Notes: generated by a model not told the origin, from the sequence alone. DNA of 64,000 bases from Desulfobacterales bacterium (GCA_963668645.2 CAXXWC010000019.1:256001-320000), one strand, 5' to 3'; shown: positions 8,323 through 19,223, numbered from the stretch's first letter. Numbers and translations are program-made.

Positions 8323-8982
8323 ATGATTGTGATGAATGTTATGGCATTTAACGGCAGCCCGAGAAAAAAGGGCTGGAACACGGTCACGTTGCTCAACAAG
8401 GCATTGGAAGGGGCCGCCTCGGCCGGTGCGCATACCGAGCTGGTTCAGCTCTACGATCTGAATTTTTCCGGCTGCATCAGCTGCTTTTCATGCAAGAGGC
8501 TCGATCGCAAAAAGGACGGGGTATGTGCGATTCAGGACGATCTGACCGCCGTGCTCGACCGGGTCCGGCACGCCGATGCCCTGATCATCGGCACACCCGT
8601 CTATTACGGCGCAGAATCGGCTTCCACCCGGGCCTTGATCGAGCGTCTTTGCTTCCCTTACAACAAATATTCCAAAAACCCGGAGTCTCTTTTCCCGAGA
8701 CGCGTCCAAACGGCTTTGTTCTATACGATGAACGTAAAAGGCGAGGGCGTCCTTGCAAGGGGCTATGACCACCATTTCAGTTTGACCAGGTCGGCTCTTG
8801 AAAATCATTTCGGCCCATGCGAGCTGCTGTTGTCCACTGATACGCTGCAATTTAGCGCTTACAGCCGCTACGAATCGGAACGGTTTGACGTAGATGCGAA
8901 AATCAAACGCCACGCCGAAGTCTTCCCGGCGGAGTGCATACGGGCGTTTGAGGTGGGTGTCCGTATGGCATCTTCCGTGTAA
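8323..8982 (+). CDS. Flavodoxin-family / iron-sulfur flavoprotein (NADPH-dependent FMN reductase fold)
   Basis: FNGSPRKKGWNT, CISCFSC...C cluster, IIGTPVYY. Confidence 0.85.
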   Translation: MIVMNVMAFNGSPRKKGWNTVTLLNKALEGAASAGAHTELVQLYDLNFSGCISCFSCKRLDRKKDGVCAIQDDLTAVLDRVRHADALIIGTPVYYGAESASTRALIERLCFPYNKYSKNPESLFPRRVQTALFYTMNVKGEGVLARGYDHHFSLTRSALENHFGPCELLLSTDTLQFSAYSRYESERFDVDAKIKRHAEVFPAECIRAFEVGVRMASSV

Positions 8983-9341
8983 CCTGTCAAAGTAAAGTGC
9001 AATGCTGTTTTTCCGCTTCTCGGGCTGGGTGGGCATCCGACCCGCACGCTGCTCGCCCTGCTCGCTTTCGGAATGGCCCTGGTGGAAGACGACCGATGCC
9101 CACAACCCAACGTCCGCCGGCCGGATTCGGACTTTGACGGGGCCCCGGCACCCTGCGGTTGCGTTCTTGCCGTCGCCTAAAGCTTATGCTACTGATTACA
9201 AACAGTAACATGGTTCATACATAGGGGACTTGCACCCCGTAAGTTCACCCCGTGCCGGGCGTTCACAATTCGTTGTCCTGGAACGCAAAAAGCCCCGCCC
9301 CGTGAAAAGTATTAACCTCTGTTGGTTAAGGAGGATGGGCA

Positions 9342-9836
9342 ATGAAGCTAAAAGCAATAGTTCTTCTCTTTTTGTTTATTGCGCCTATAGGATGCGCATC
9401 TGTAAAAAAAGAGCTTCCTGCGGAATTAATGTATCATCCTCCGGTTGCATCAAATGATACAGCCACGATTGTTGGATCAAACAAAGAGGAATGGATGTTT
9501 GAAGAAGTCGTATATGTAATGGATATCAACGGCAAAAGACTCGCCGGTGACAAAAAACACTGGGACGATCCGGTTGTGATAGATGAAGGCAAGACTGTTG
9601 TAACGGCCGCCTTCGATGGGAAGGGGATTCCCGTAACCGCAAAAGTTGAGTTTGAAGCCGTTGCCGGGCACTCATATCAAATACAATTTCTGTCTGATAT
9701 CGAAGAGGATTGCTGCGATTTCTGGATAATTGATATGGCTTCAGAGAAAGCTGTAAGCACAATCGGGCGAGGTTACGCGCCAAAAAAAGAAACCATATAT
9801 GTCCCGCTCCCGGTCTATTGGCCTCGTGTATATTGA
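9342..9836 (+). CDS. Hypothetical lipoprotein
   Basis: AAGGAGG RBS, basic plus hydrophobic signal ending IGC, beta-rich body; AT-rich. Confidence 0.7.
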   Translation: MKLKAIVLLFLFIAPIGCASVKKELPAELMYHPPVASNDTATIVGSNKEEWMFEEVVYVMDINGKRLAGDKKHWDDPVVIDEGKTVVTAAFDGKGIPVTAKVEFEAVAGHSYQIQFLSDIEEDCCDFWIIDMASEKAVSTIGRGYAPKKETIYVPLPVYWPRVY

Positions 9837-10736
9837 CTACATCAGCCACGCCGCTAAAACCGTCGGCTGCACGGAATCCACGGCCATCATGACGCTCAGC
9901 GCGGTGATGCCCACCAGGGAAAAAACGAAGATCCGCCGGGCCCAGCGCGAATCATCGGATGCCGCCGGCCCGGCCCAGGCCAGTGCCAGCCAGGCCAGAC
10001 CGACCATGGAGGCGACGGCCAGGTAGCGGATGCCGGTGTAACCGCAGACGGTCAGCAGCGGCGCGGCCAGCGCGAAGGCCAGGATGAAGCCGATGATATG
10101 CTTTCTGGCGGCCGCCGTGCCATGGCGGACCGGCAGCAGCGGGATGGCGGCGGCGGTGTAATCTCGCAGCCGGAATACGGCGATGGCGTAAGTGTGCGGG
10201 ATCTGCCAGAGGCTGAAAATCGCCAGCAGGATCAAGGCCCCGGCATCCAAGTGGGGGCTCACGGCGCAATAGCCGGCCAGAGGCGGGGCCGCGCCGGCCA
10301 GGCTGCCGACCAGCGTGCTGTATACGGATATGCGCTTCAACAACAGGGTATAAAAGATCACATAGTCCGCAAAACCGGCCAGGACAATGGCCAGGCTCAA
10401 CGGGTTGGCAAAGGCCCAGAGCACGGCCGTGCCGCCAAGGCCCAGGATGGCTGCGTAAACGAGGGCCGACCCGGGCCCCACCTTACCGCTGGCCAGGGGC
10501 CGGTTTCGGGTACGCGCCATCTTGCGGTCGATTTTCCGGTCGATGCAGTTGTTGCACACGCACGCGGCCGCCATCACCATGCCGATGCCTGCCAGGATCG
10601 ACAGCAGGTGCGGCCCGTCCGGATTGCCCCTTGCGGCCAGCAAATAGCCACCGGCCGCCGCCACCAGGTTGCCCGCCACCATCGCCGGCTTGGTCAGCTG
10701 CAGGTATCTTTTCACCAGGGCGCCGAGCATGTTCAC
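9837..10736 (-). CDS. cyoE: Protoheme IX farnesyltransferase (heme o synthase)
   Basis: LTKP, NNCIDRKIDRKMARTRNRPL, WQIPH, DY motifs; last gene of the cyo operon. Confidence 0.95.
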   Translation of the reverse strand: MNMLGALVKRYLQLTKPAMVAGNLVAAAGGYLLAARGNPDGPHLLSILAGIGMVMAAACVCNNCIDRKIDRKMARTRNRPLASGKVGPGSALVYAAILGLGGTAVLWAFANPLSLAIVLAGFADYVIFYTLLLKRISVYSTLVGSLAGAAPPLAGYCAVSPHLDAGALILLAIFSLWQIPHTYAIAVFRLRDYTAAAIPLLPVRHGTAAARKHIIGFILAFALAAPLLTVCGYTGIRYLAVASMVGLAWLALAWAGPAASDDSRWARRIFVFSLVGITALSVMMAVDSVQPTVLAAWLM

Positions 10737-11062
10737 ATCATGCGAAAATTAAGATCGGTCATGATCCACAACGTGCCGCCGACGAAAAGGGCCATGATCA
10801 GCACGGTGAAGATCAGGGCCATGCGGTTCCAGTACGCCGCCGAACTGCGGTCCAAATGCAGAAAATAGTGCAGGTGCACGAGAATCTGCACCACGGCGGC
10901 ACCCGTTATCCCCGATGTAACCAGGGCCCGGGGCAGCCCCCGGCCGTTGATGGCAAGGGCAAAGGCCACCGCGGTGAGCACGATGGATAGCACAAATCCG
11001 ACGGCGTATGACTTGAAGCTGCCGGTTGCCGCACCGGCCCGCTGCACTGGCGTCCGATCCAT
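10733..11062 (-). CDS. cyoD: Cytochrome bo3 quinol oxidase subunit IV
   Basis: SYAVGFVLSIVLT, VQILVHLHYFLHL, GTLWIM. Confidence 0.95.
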   Translation of the reverse strand: MDRTPVQRAGAATGSFKSYAVGFVLSIVLTAVAFALAINGRGLPRALVTSGITGAAVVQILVHLHYFLHLDRSSAAYWNRMALIFTVLIMALFVGGTLWIMTDLNFRMM

Positions 11063-11674
11063 CTAGATTACCCCCATCAGATAAACCATGGTAAACACCC
11101 CGACCCACACGATATCGAGAAAGTGCCAGAAGATGCTCAGCCGTAGCAGCCGGGACTGCACCGGCACCGTGAGCCCCTTGGTCAGAAGCTGGCCCATCAT
11201 CACGGCGATCCAGAGCAGGCCGCAGGCCACGTGACTGCCGTGGGTGCCGACCAGAGCGAAAAAAGACGAAAGAAAGGCGCTGCGCGACGGTCCGCTGCCC
11301 GCCAGGATCATGTGGCGAAATTCGTAGATCTCCATGCCGATAAAGCCGAGACCGAGCAGGAAGGTCACCCCCAGCCAGGCGACGACCCGCTCCCTGCGGT
11401 TGGCGTGCATGGCCAGCATGGCCATGCCGTAGGTCGCACTGCTGAACAGCAGCAGCAACGTCTCGGCAAAGGCGTAGGGCAGGTCGAACAACTCTTTGCC
11501 GGTCGGTCCGCCGGCATAGTTGCTCCCCAGCACGGCATAGGTCGCAAAGACCGCCGCGAACAGGACCAGGTCGCTCATGATGTAGAGCCAGAAGCCCAGG
11601 ACTTGGTTGGCGACGGTGTCCGGGTGGCCGGATGGGCCATCGGCAACGGCATCGATCGTCGAGGAGGTCGTCAT
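11063..11674 (-). CDS. cyoC: Cytochrome bo3 quinol oxidase subunit III
   Basis: GFWLYIMSD, LVGTHGSHV, FWHFLDIVW. Confidence 0.95.
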   Translation of the reverse strand: MTTSSTIDAVADGPSGHPDTVANQVLGFWLYIMSDLVLFAAVFATYAVLGSNYAGGPTGKELFDLPYAFAETLLLLFSSATYGMAMLAMHANRRERVVAWLGVTFLLGLGFIGMEIYEFRHMILAGSGPSRSAFLSSFFALVGTHGSHVACGLLWIAVMMGQLLTKGLTVPVQSRLLRLSIFWHFLDIVWVGVFTMVYLMGVI

Positions 11675-11699
11675 GATTCACACCGGTTGAAGGTTGACA

Positions 11700-13676
11700 T
11701 TACACGGCAGCGGCAATCGGCCGCTCGCCCAAGGCCTCGATGCGGGCCACCTCGGCCGCCGGTATGGCATATTCCGTATCCTCGTCGGCGGCACGCAGGA
11801 TCAGCGCGATGACCATCCCTGCGGCGCAGGCGGCGGCCAGCCACCAGATCTGCCAGACCATTGCAAAGCCGAACAGGCCCGCCAGGCCCCCGTTGACCAA
11901 TCCCGAGGCCGTGTTCTTGGGCATGTGAATCTCCTCATAGCGCTCGGGCCGCTGGCGGGCGAGGCCCTTTTCCTTCATGTCCGCAAACGCGTCGATGGCG
12001 TGCACCACCGGGATGGCGGCGAAGTTGTACACCGGCGGGGGCGAGGCCACGGCCCATTCCAGGGTCCGGCCGCCCCAGGGATCTCCGGTCAGGTCGCGGG
12101 TGGCGTGCCGGTCGCGGATGCTCACGATGAGCTGGATGATCTGGCAGCCGATCCCGAGCATGATCACCGCCGCACCGGCGGCGGCCACGATCAGGTAGGG
12201 ATGCCAGGCCGTGTTGGCGTAATGCCACATGCGCCGCGGCATACCCATCAGCCCCAGGGCATAGAGGGGGAAAAAGGCCAGGTAGAAGCCGACGAACCAG
12301 GACCAGAAGGCCCGCTTGCCCCATTTTTCGTCCAAGGGAAACCCGATGGCCTTGGGAAACCAGTAGGCAAATCCGGCATAGTAGCCGAAAAGCGCACCGG
12401 GAATCAGCATGTTGTGAAAGTGGGCCACCAGAAAGAGGCTGTTGTGGAGCACGAAATCGGCCGGCGGTGCGGCCAGCAGGACCCCGGTCATCCCGCCGAG
12501 CACGAAGGTGGTGATAAAGCCCAGAGTCCAGTACATGGGCGTGGCCAAGCGGATGCGGCCCCTGTAAAGGGTGAAGAGCCAGTTGAAGACCTTCACCCCG
12601 GTGGGCACCGCGATGATCATGGTGGTGATGCCGAAGAAGATATTGACGTTGGGGCTGGCGCCCATGGTGAAAAAATGGTGCACCCAGACGGAAAAGGAAA
12701 GGACCATGATGGCCGCGGTGGCATAGACCAGGGACGTATAGCCGAAAAGCCGCTTGCGCGCGAAGGTGGCCACCACCTCCGAAAAGATGCCGAAAGCCGG
12801 CAGGATCACGATGTAGACTTCCGGGTGGCCCCAGATCCAGAACAGGTTGGCGTACATCATCATGTTGCCGCCCATGGTGTTGCCGAAAAAGTGCATCCCC
12901 AGGTAGCGATCCAGGCTCAGCAGGCTCAGGGTGGCCGTCAGCACCGGAAAGGAGAGCAGCATGAGCACCGTGGTGCACAGGGCGGTCCAGACGAAGATCG
13001 GCATGCGCATCAGCGTCATGCCCGGAGCACGCATCTTGAGGATGGTCACCAGGAAGTTGATACTGGTTAAAAGTGAACCGATCCCGGCGATCTGGATCGA
13101 CCAGATCCAGTAATCCACGCCGGTGCCCGGGCTGTACTGCAGCTGGGTCAGCGGGGAGTATCCCGACCAACCGGCCCGGGAAAACTCCCCCACCCCCAGG
13201 GAGATCATCACCAGCCCGGCACCGGCGGCGGTCAGCCAGAGGCTGACGGCGTTCAGGTAAGGATAGGCCACGTCCCGTGCCCCGATCTGCAGCGGCACCA
13301 CGATGTTCATCAGCCCGGTAAGAAACGGCATGGCCACGAAGATGATCATGATCGTGCCGTGGGCGCTGAAGACCTGGTCGAAGTGGTCGGGCGGCAAGAA
13401 TCCGTGGGACAGGCCTGCGGCGATGGCTTGCTGGGCGCGCATCATGACAGCATCGGCCATGCCGCGCAGCAGCATGACCAGCGCCAGAATGATGTACATG
13501 ATGCCGATCCGCTTGTGGTCGACGCTGGTCAGCCACCCGGTCCACAGCGGTTTCCAGAGACGAAAGTAGGTGATCAGGGCAAAAATCCCCATGCCCGCCA
13601 GGATCGATCCGGCCACGGCCCCCATGACAATGGGGTCGTGATAGGGGATCGCCGCGAGGCTCAAGCGTCCGAACAT
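11700..13676 (-). CDS. cyoB: Cytochrome bo3 quinol oxidase subunit I
   Basis: MFGRLS start, [22 protein letters not shown] heme/CuB ligands; RGMAD and HFDQ quinol-site residues. Confidence 0.97.
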   Translation of the reverse strand: MFGRLSLAAIPYHDPIVMGAVAGSILAGMGIFALITYFRLWKPLWTGWLTSVDHKRIGIMYIILALVMLLRGMADAVMMRAQQAIAAGLSHGFLPPDHFDQVFSAHGTIMIIFVAMPFLTGLMNIVVPLQIGARDVAYPYLNAVSLWLTAAGAGLVMISLGVGEFSRAGWSGYSPLTQLQYSPGTGVDYWIWSIQIAGIGSLLTSINFLVTILKMRAPGMTLMRMPIFVWTALCTTVLMLLSFPVLTATLSLLSLDRYLGMHFFGNTMGGNMMMYANLFWIWGHPEVYIVILPAFGIFSEVVATFARKRLFGYTSLVYATAAIMVLSFSVWVHHFFTMGASPNVNIFFGITTMIIAVPTGVKVFNWLFTLYRGRIRLATPMYWTLGFITTFVLGGMTGVLLAAPPADFVLHNSLFLVAHFHNMLIPGALFGYYAGFAYWFPKAIGFPLDEKWGKRAFWSWFVGFYLAFFPLYALGLMGMPRRMWHYANTAWHPYLIVAAAGAAVIMLGIGCQIIQLIVSIRDRHATRDLTGDPWGGRTLEWAVASPPPVYNFAAIPVVHAIDAFADMKEKGLARQRPERYEEIHMPKNTASGLVNGGLAGLFGFAMVWQIWWLAAACAAGMVIALILRAADEDTEYAIPAAEVARIEALGERPIAAAV

Positions 13677-13677
13677 G

Positions 13678-14616
13678 TCAGTTCCCCTCCGCTGCACCGT
13701 GATGCATGTGCCCGGCACCGGGCGCCGGATCTCCGGCCTTGGCGTTCATGTCCATGGGTTTCATCTCCATGGACATGCCGTATTTTTGCAGGATGTGGTC
13801 GAACAGACCGGGTTGCACCGATGAAAAATAGCGCACCGGGTCGGCCAGGCTGGGCGTTTCCAGCGCGTCCAGGCGCTGCATGTCCAGCTTTTCAGGCGAT
13901 TGGCTGACCCTGTCGGTCCAGGCCGAAAAGTCCTTCGCCGACATGGCGATGGCCTCGAAATTCATCTCGGTGTAGCCGCGGCCGCTGTACTGCTGGTTCT
14001 GCCCGAGATAGGTGCCCGGCTCGTCGGCCAGCAGGTGCAAGCGGGTCTGCATCCCGCCCATGGCATAGATCTGGCTGCCGAGCTGGGGAATGAAAAAGGA
14101 GGTCATCACCGAGGCCGAGGTGATCCGGAAGTTCAGCGGCACGCGGGCCGGAAAGACGAGTTCGTTCACGCTGGCGACACCGAGGTCCGGGTAGATGAAA
14201 AGCCATTTCCAATCCAGGGAAATCACCTCGATGCGAATGGGCGCGACCCCGGTTTCGATGGGTTTGTACGGGTCGAGGCGGTGGGTGGTCTGCCAGATCA
14301 GGATGCTTAAGATCGTCACGATGACGGCCGGCACCGTCCAGACGATCCATTCGATGGTTTTCGAATGGCTCCACTTGGGGGCGTAGACCGCCTTGGTGTT
14401 GGTTTCCCGGTATTTCCAGGGAAACCAGAGCGCCATGACGATCACCGGCACGATCACGAGCAGCATGAGCCCGAAGGCGGTCAGAATGACATAGCGCTCG
14501 GTCTGGCCGATGGGGCCTTTGGGATCGAGCAGAATCATCTGGTCGCATCCGCCGAACAAAACCACAGCCAGACAGACCGGTGCCAGCATCGAGACCAACT
14601 GTCCGATTCTTTTCAT
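13678..14616 (-). CDS. cyoA: Cytochrome bo3 quinol oxidase subunit II
   Basis: Lipobox [35 protein letters not shown]; no CuA cysteines. Confidence 0.95.
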   Translation of the reverse strand: MKRIGQLVSMLAPVCLAVVLFGGCDQMILLDPKGPIGQTERYVILTAFGLMLLVIVPVIVMALWFPWKYRETNTKAVYAPKWSHSKTIEWIVWTVPAVIVTILSILIWQTTHRLDPYKPIETGVAPIRIEVISLDWKWLFIYPDLGVASVNELVFPARVPLNFRITSASVMTSFFIPQLGSQIYAMGGMQTRLHLLADEPGTYLGQNQQYSGRGYTEMNFEAIAMSAKDFSAWTDRVSQSPEKLDMQRLDALETPSLADPVRYFSSVQPGLFDHILQKYGMSMEMKPMDMNAKAGDPAPGAGHMHHGAAEGN

Positions 14617-14673
14617 CTATGACCACCAAACAAAGCTAGGGGTGGAATCCTTCTTCGAAACGCAATGCCGCTC

Positions 14674-14702
14674 ATGCTAACGATTATCGCTGCCGAATTC
14701 AA
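14674..14702 (-). promoter_or_regulatory. Putative sigma-70 promoter of cyoABCDE
   Basis: Minus strand TTGAAT-N17-TAGCAT. Confidence 0.5.
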
Positions 14703-14731
14703 GGTCGAGGGGACCGCCGGCAAATCCAAGC

Positions 14732-15925
14732 TTACGGGCGCGGCTGCATGGCAAGACACCGCCGCCATTCTTGCAGCCGCAGGCGGCAGATCTCAGGATT
14801 GATCAGTGCCACGGCCCTGGCGAACCATTCCCGGGCTGCCTGGGGCCGGTGGGCGGCCAGATGGGCCGCCCCGAGAAAGTACGGGGCGATATAGTCGCGC
14901 GGATCGGCCGCGGCCACCGCCTCGAAAAGGCGGATGGCGATCTGCCACCGTTGCTGGTGAAAGCGGACCAGGGCCAGGATGGTCAGCCGCTGGATCTCGG
15001 CATCCACCTTGCGGCCCATTCCCGGCTCGTCTTGCCGGGCCGCCAGGTCTTCCAGGCCCTGGATATCCGTTTCGCTTCCCAGATCTTCGAGAATCGGTCC
15101 ATAGCGGCCCTGATAGAGGCAGAGATCCAGGTACTGGTCCGACAAGTCCTCATCCCCACCCGAACGTTCGATGGCCTTTTCGAGACGGTGGAGGGCCCCT
15201 TGCCCGTCCCCGGCCTTCAAGCACTGCCCGATCTCTTGGCGCAGGGCCCGGGTCTCGCGGCGCGCCGCACTGAAATTGTTCAACCGCTCGCCGAATGCCT
15301 TCAAAGCGCGCCACCAGCGCTGGTAGAAGGGCGAAGGACCATCGGGCGGCGAGTCCAGGTAGCTCGCGGCGATCATCTGAAGCGCCAGGCTGCGCCCGTG
15401 AGGGGCAAAGGTGCCCAGGGCGGTTTCGCAAAGCACGAGCCAGCGGGCCTGAAAGGCGGAGCTGGTGTTGACCAGAAGCCGGTCCAGGGCGTCCAGGCCA
15501 GCCGCTTCGGGTCCGGGCAGGCTGCAGTGGATGCGCACCAGCAGCCGGTAGCCCGCTGCCAGCCGATTGTCCGGGGACAGCCGGATCGCTTCTTCGAAAG
15601 ATCGGGCCGCCGCCTCGTCATTGCCGGCATCATAGGCCAGCCGCCCCTGGATAAGCCGGTAGGCGGCCCGCCTCGGGGCCAGGGCTACGGCCCGGCCGGC
15701 CCAGTCGAGAGCTTCGCCGTGGTCGCCCCCCTCGCCGAGAACCACCGCCTTGTAGAGGATGGCCGGCACAAAGTCGGCCCGCAGGGTCAGGGCCCGTTCA
15801 AAGGCGTCCCGGGCTTGGTTCAAGCGTCCGGCCTGGATCGCGCGTTGCCCTCGGCGCAGCAACATTTCGGCATGCAGGGTGTCCAACATGGCTTGTAGGT
15901 AAACGGCAGCCCAGGTCTTTGTCAA
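14732..15925 (-). CDS. Tetratricopeptide-repeat protein (start uncertain)
   Basis: Repeated TPR-like helices (AFERALTLRAD, FEEAIRLSPDN, FEAVAAADPRD). Confidence 0.7.
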   Translation of the reverse strand: MTKTWAAVYLQAMLDTLHAEMLLRRGQRAIQAGRLNQARDAFERALTLRADFVPAILYKAVVLGEGGDHGEALDWAGRAVALAPRRAAYRLIQGRLAYDAGNDEAAARSFEEAIRLSPDNRLAAGYRLLVRIHCSLPGPEAAGLDALDRLLVNTSSAFQARWLVLCETALGTFAPHGRSLALQMIAASYLDSPPDGPSPFYQRWWRALKAFGERLNNFSAARRETRALRQEIGQCLKAGDGQGALHRLEKAIERSGGDEDLSDQYLDLCLYQGRYGPILEDLGSETDIQGLEDLAARQDEPGMGRKVDAEIQRLTILALVRFHQQRWQIAIRLFEAVAAADPRDYIAPYFLGAAHLAAHRPQAAREWFARAVALINPEICRLRLQEWRRCLAMQPRP

Positions 15926-15935
15926 TCGGATCCAT

Positions 15936-15968
15936 AAAAAAAGGGGCGGCGAGTAACCTCGCCGCCCC
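15936..15968 (-). terminator. Rho-independent terminator after tRNA-Gln
   Basis: ggggcggcgag-taac-ctcgccgcccc stem-loop followed by T7 on the minus strand. Confidence 0.8.
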
Positions 15969-15979
15969 CTGAGTTTTTT

Positions 15980-16053
15980 TGGCTGAGGGACTAGGATTCG
16001 AACCTAGGTTAACGGGGCCAGAACCCGTCGTCCTGCCGCTAGACGATCCCTCA
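15980..16053 (-). tRNA. tRNA-Gln (anticodon CTG)
   Basis: Minus strand TGAGGGATCG...ACGGG-TTCTGGC-CCCGT...GGTTCGAATCC...TCCCTCAGCCA; cloverleaf with encoded CCA. Confidence 0.95.
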
Positions 16054-16066
16054 ACAACGACCGCAG

Positions 16067-16095
16067 AATATAATCGAACCGACCGCGGCCGTCAA
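16067..16095 (-). promoter_or_regulatory. Sigma-70 promoter of tRNA-Gln
   Basis: Minus strand TTGACG-N17-TATATT just upstream of the tRNA 5' end. Confidence 0.65.
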
Positions 16096-16180
16096 CCCCC
16101 GTTTTTATCAGAACCAGGGGCATCCCTTCTTTTTGAAGCCGTACCGAGCCTTCCTCCGGCCGTGCGACCCGGCCTGGTGC

Positions 16181-17596
16181 TCAGGTCTCGGCCTCGGCCA
16201 CGGCTTGAAGGTACTTGACGGCCTGATGCAACCGGGCCAGGGTCTTTTCGCGTCCCAGGGCCTCGATGGTCTCGAAAATCCCCGGGCTGGCCGTGCGCCC
16301 GGTGAGCGCCAGGCGCACCGGCTGGGCGATCTTGCCCAGCTTGAGCCCGGTGGCGTCCATGACCGCGGTAAAGGCCGCTTCGAGGGCCGCTTCGCTGAAC
16401 TCGGGGATCTTTTCCAAGGCTGCGGCCAGCCGCTGCATCGGGTCGAGGGTCGCCGGCTTGAACAGCTTCTTGGCGGCCGCAGGATCGTAAGAGACCTCTT
16501 CTTCGAAGTAGAAACGGGCCTGCTCGGCCATCTCTTCCAGGGTCTTGCTGCGCGGCTGCAAGGATCGGATCACCCGGGCCAAAGACGGCACATCGCCGGC
16601 CGCCAGCCCGCTGCGCGCCAGGATCGGCTCGAGGTGGGGCACCAGGGCCTCCGGGCCGTTGGCCTGGATATGATCCGCATTGAGGGCCTGGAGCTTGGCC
16701 AAGTCGAAAACCCCGGCCGAGCGGCCGATGTTTTCCAGGGTGAACTTTTCGATCAGCTCCCGGCGGGTGAAAAACTCCTGGTCCCCGCAGGACCACCCCA
16801 GCCGCACCAGATAATTGATAAAGGCGTCCGGCAGGTACCCCATGTCGCGGTAGGCCGTCACCGACATGGCGCCGTGGCGCTTGCTCAAGCGGGTCCGGTC
16901 CGGCCCCAACACCATGGGCACATGGGCGAATACGGGCAGCCGGGCCCCCAGGGCACGGTAGATCTGGATCTGCTTGGGGGTGTTCATCACGTGGTCGTCG
17001 CCGCGGATCACGCTGTTGATCCCCATGGTGATGTCGTCCACCACCACCACGAAGTTGTAGGTGGGCATCCCGTCGCTGCGCACCAGCACGAAGTCGTCCA
17101 GTTCGCTGTTCTGGAAAACGATGCTCCCCTTGACCACGTCGTCCAGAACCGTGGTGCCGGTCGCCGGAGCGCGAAAGCGCAGCACCGCCCCGGGCTGGGG
17201 GCCGAGCCCGCGCTCGCGGCAGGTACCGTCGTAGCGGGGGTTGGCGCCGGCCGCCGTGGCCCGGCGGCGCATCTCCTCCACCGCTTCAGGGCTGCACGTG
17301 CAATAGTAGGCATGGCCCGCCTCGTAGAGGCGCCGCGCGTAGTCGAGATAGATCTCGATACGCTGGGACTGGAAATAGGGCCCGTCGTCCCAATCGATCT
17401 CGAGCCAGCGCAGGGCTTCAAAAATGGCGTCCACCGAGGCCTGGGTGGAGCGTACCGTGTCGGTGTCCTCGATGCGCAGCACGAAGCGCCCGCCGGTATG
17501 GCGGGCGTAAAGCCAGTTGAAAAGGGCGGTGCGAGCCCCGCCCACATGCAAGTATCCGGTTGGGCTGGGGGGGAAACGGGTAACGATGGGATCCAT
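16181..17596 (-). CDS. gltX: Glutamate--tRNA ligase
   Basis: TRFPPSPTGYLHVGG, LRIEDTD, IRGDDH, RLSKRHG. Confidence 0.97.
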   Translation of the reverse strand: MDPIVTRFPPSPTGYLHVGGARTALFNWLYARHTGGRFVLRIEDTDTVRSTQASVDAIFEALRWLEIDWDDGPYFQSQRIEIYLDYARRLYEAGHAYYCTCSPEAVEEMRRRATAAGANPRYDGTCRERGLGPQPGAVLRFRAPATGTTVLDDVVKGSIVFQNSELDDFVLVRSDGMPTYNFVVVVDDITMGINSVIRGDDHVMNTPKQIQIYRALGARLPVFAHVPMVLGPDRTRLSKRHGAMSVTAYRDMGYLPDAFINYLVRLGWSCGDQEFFTRRELIEKFTLENIGRSAGVFDLAKLQALNADHIQANGPEALVPHLEPILARSGLAAGDVPSLARVIRSLQPRSKTLEEMAEQARFYFEEEVSYDPAAAKKLFKPATLDPMQRLAAALEKIPEFSEAALEAAFTAVMDATGLKLGKIAQPVRLALTGRTASPGIFETIEALGREKTLARLHQAVKYLQAVAEAET

Positions 17597-17885
17597 GGCG
17601 ACCTTTCAATATCGACGGATTTGCGCGCCGCCGGTCCAGATTGCCGGCCGGCGCTGCAAACCGGCGTTCTATTTGTTATACTGCCCTTCGGACCTGAGCA
17701 GTGCGGCCGGTTCATACCGTTCGCCGGTCGGTGCCCTGATAGCACATCCGTCCGGTCATAACAACAAGACCGCAATGATTGCAGGGAAATCCCTTGACAA
17801 GCCAGGGGGATTTCATTAGTAACAAGTCGCCCGCTTGCGGGCATTTTCTGTTTAAAAAACCAATTCAGTCAGTTAGGAGAACAAT

Positions 17886-18065
17886 ATGGCCGTACCCAAG
17901 CATAAAACATCCAAATCCAAACGGGACATGCGCCGCACGCATAAGAAAACCGCTGCACCCAATGTGGTACCGTGCCCCCAGTGCGGTGAAAAACGCCTGC
18001 CGCATCATGCCTGTCCTGCTTGCGGCAGCTACAAGGGCCGCAGCATCACGGAAAGCGAGGAATGA
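17886..18065 (+). CDS. rpmF: 50S ribosomal protein L32 (not in the ORF track)
   Basis: Read directly: [19 protein letters not shown]...CPQCG...[12 protein letters not shown], 59 aa, AGGAG RBS. Confidence 0.95.
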   Translation: MAVPKHKTSKSKRDMRRTHKKTAAPNVVPCPQCGEKRLPHHACPACGSYKGRSITESEE

Positions 18066-18190
18066 CCTGATCCGGCGCCCCTCGCCCAGAATGTAGATTG
18101 CGTGGTTCCCGCCGTTGATCAAGTCTTCGAAACGGCGGTCTCCAATCTCCTCGTAGGCGCATCTTCGTTGCCTGAGCGACCGAGCCACCA

Positions 18191-18940
18191 ATGGGTGAAG
18201 ATTTACATCGCACAGTCGCCGTGACCGGCGGATCCAGGGGCATCGGCAGAGCGGTCTGCCTGGCCTTGGCCGAGACCGGTGCGTCGATCTTTTTCAGCTA
18301 CCGCCAGAATGCTGCCGCCGCCGAACAAACCGAAAAGGAATGCCTGAGCCGCGGAGCCCGGCGTGCCGTAGCGGTGGCCGCCGATGTCTGCGATCCGCAG
18401 GCCGTGAAGGCTTTTTTCGACCGGGCCGTGGATGAAAGCGGAAGCCTCGACGTTCTGGTGTGCAATGCGGGCATCAACCGTGACGGGTTGATCCTTCGTA
18501 TGGGCCAGGAGGCCTGGGACACGGTCATCGCCACCAACCTGACCGGAGCCTTTCATTGCACCAAGGCCGCCGCCCGCGTCATGATCCGCCAGCGCAGGGG
18601 CCGCATCATTCTGATCTCCTCGGTGGCCGGTGTGGCCGGCAACGCCGGACAGGCCAACTATGCGGCGGCCAAGGCCGGTCTTCTGGGCCTGACTAAATCC
18701 CTGGCCCGGGAACTGGCCCCGCGGCATATTACCGTCAACGCCGTGGCTCCCGGTTTGATCGAAACCGAGATGACCGCCGCCATGAATGGTACTGCCCGGC
18801 AAGCGGCCCTGACCACCGTCCCTCTGGGCCGGATAGGCCGGGCGGCCGAGGTGGCGGCGGCGGTCCGCTTTCTGGCCTCGGAGGACGCCGGCTATATCAC
18901 CGGTCAGACCCTTCACGTAAACGGCGGCATGTACATGTGA
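18191..18940 (+). CDS. fabG: 3-oxoacyl-ACP reductase
   Basis: [31 protein letters not shown]. Confidence 0.93.
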   Translation: MGEDLHRTVAVTGGSRGIGRAVCLALAETGASIFFSYRQNAAAAEQTEKECLSRGARRAVAVAADVCDPQAVKAFFDRAVDESGSLDVLVCNAGINRDGLILRMGQEAWDTVIATNLTGAFHCTKAAARVMIRQRRGRIILISSVAGVAGNAGQANYAAAKAGLLGLTKSLARELAPRHITVNAVAPGLIETEMTAAMNGTARQAALTTVPLGRIGRAAEVAAAVRFLASEDAGYITGQTLHVNGGMYM

Positions 18941-18995
18941 TCCATCCCGTCCACCTTCACTGCCAGTATCGATTGTCACAAGACCAGGAGGAAAC

Positions 18996-19223
18996 ATGTC
19001 CGTTCAAGACAAGGTAAAGAAAATCATCGCCGAGAAACTCGGCGTGGATGCGTCGGATGTCGTACCCCAAGCCTCATTTATCGACGATCTGGGGGCCGAC
19101 TCCCTCGATTTGGTCGAACTGATCATGTCGATGGAAGAGGCCTTCGAGATTGAAATTTCGGACGAAGACGCCGAAAAGCTCAAAACGGTTCAGGATGCCA
19201 TCGACTATATCAACAGCCACTGA
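18996..19223 (+). CDS. acpP: Acyl carrier protein
   Basis: [12 protein letters not shown]. Confidence 0.97.
   Translation: MSVQDKVKKIIAEKLGVDASDVVPQASFIDDLGADSLDLVELIMSMEEAFEIEISDEDAEKLKTVQDAIDYINSH

Noticed and set aside
1..15980. tRNA-Gln 3' end as attachment site of a genomic island
   Set aside because: Accessory genes lie downstream, but I found no duplicated tRNA 3' end and no integrase in the window
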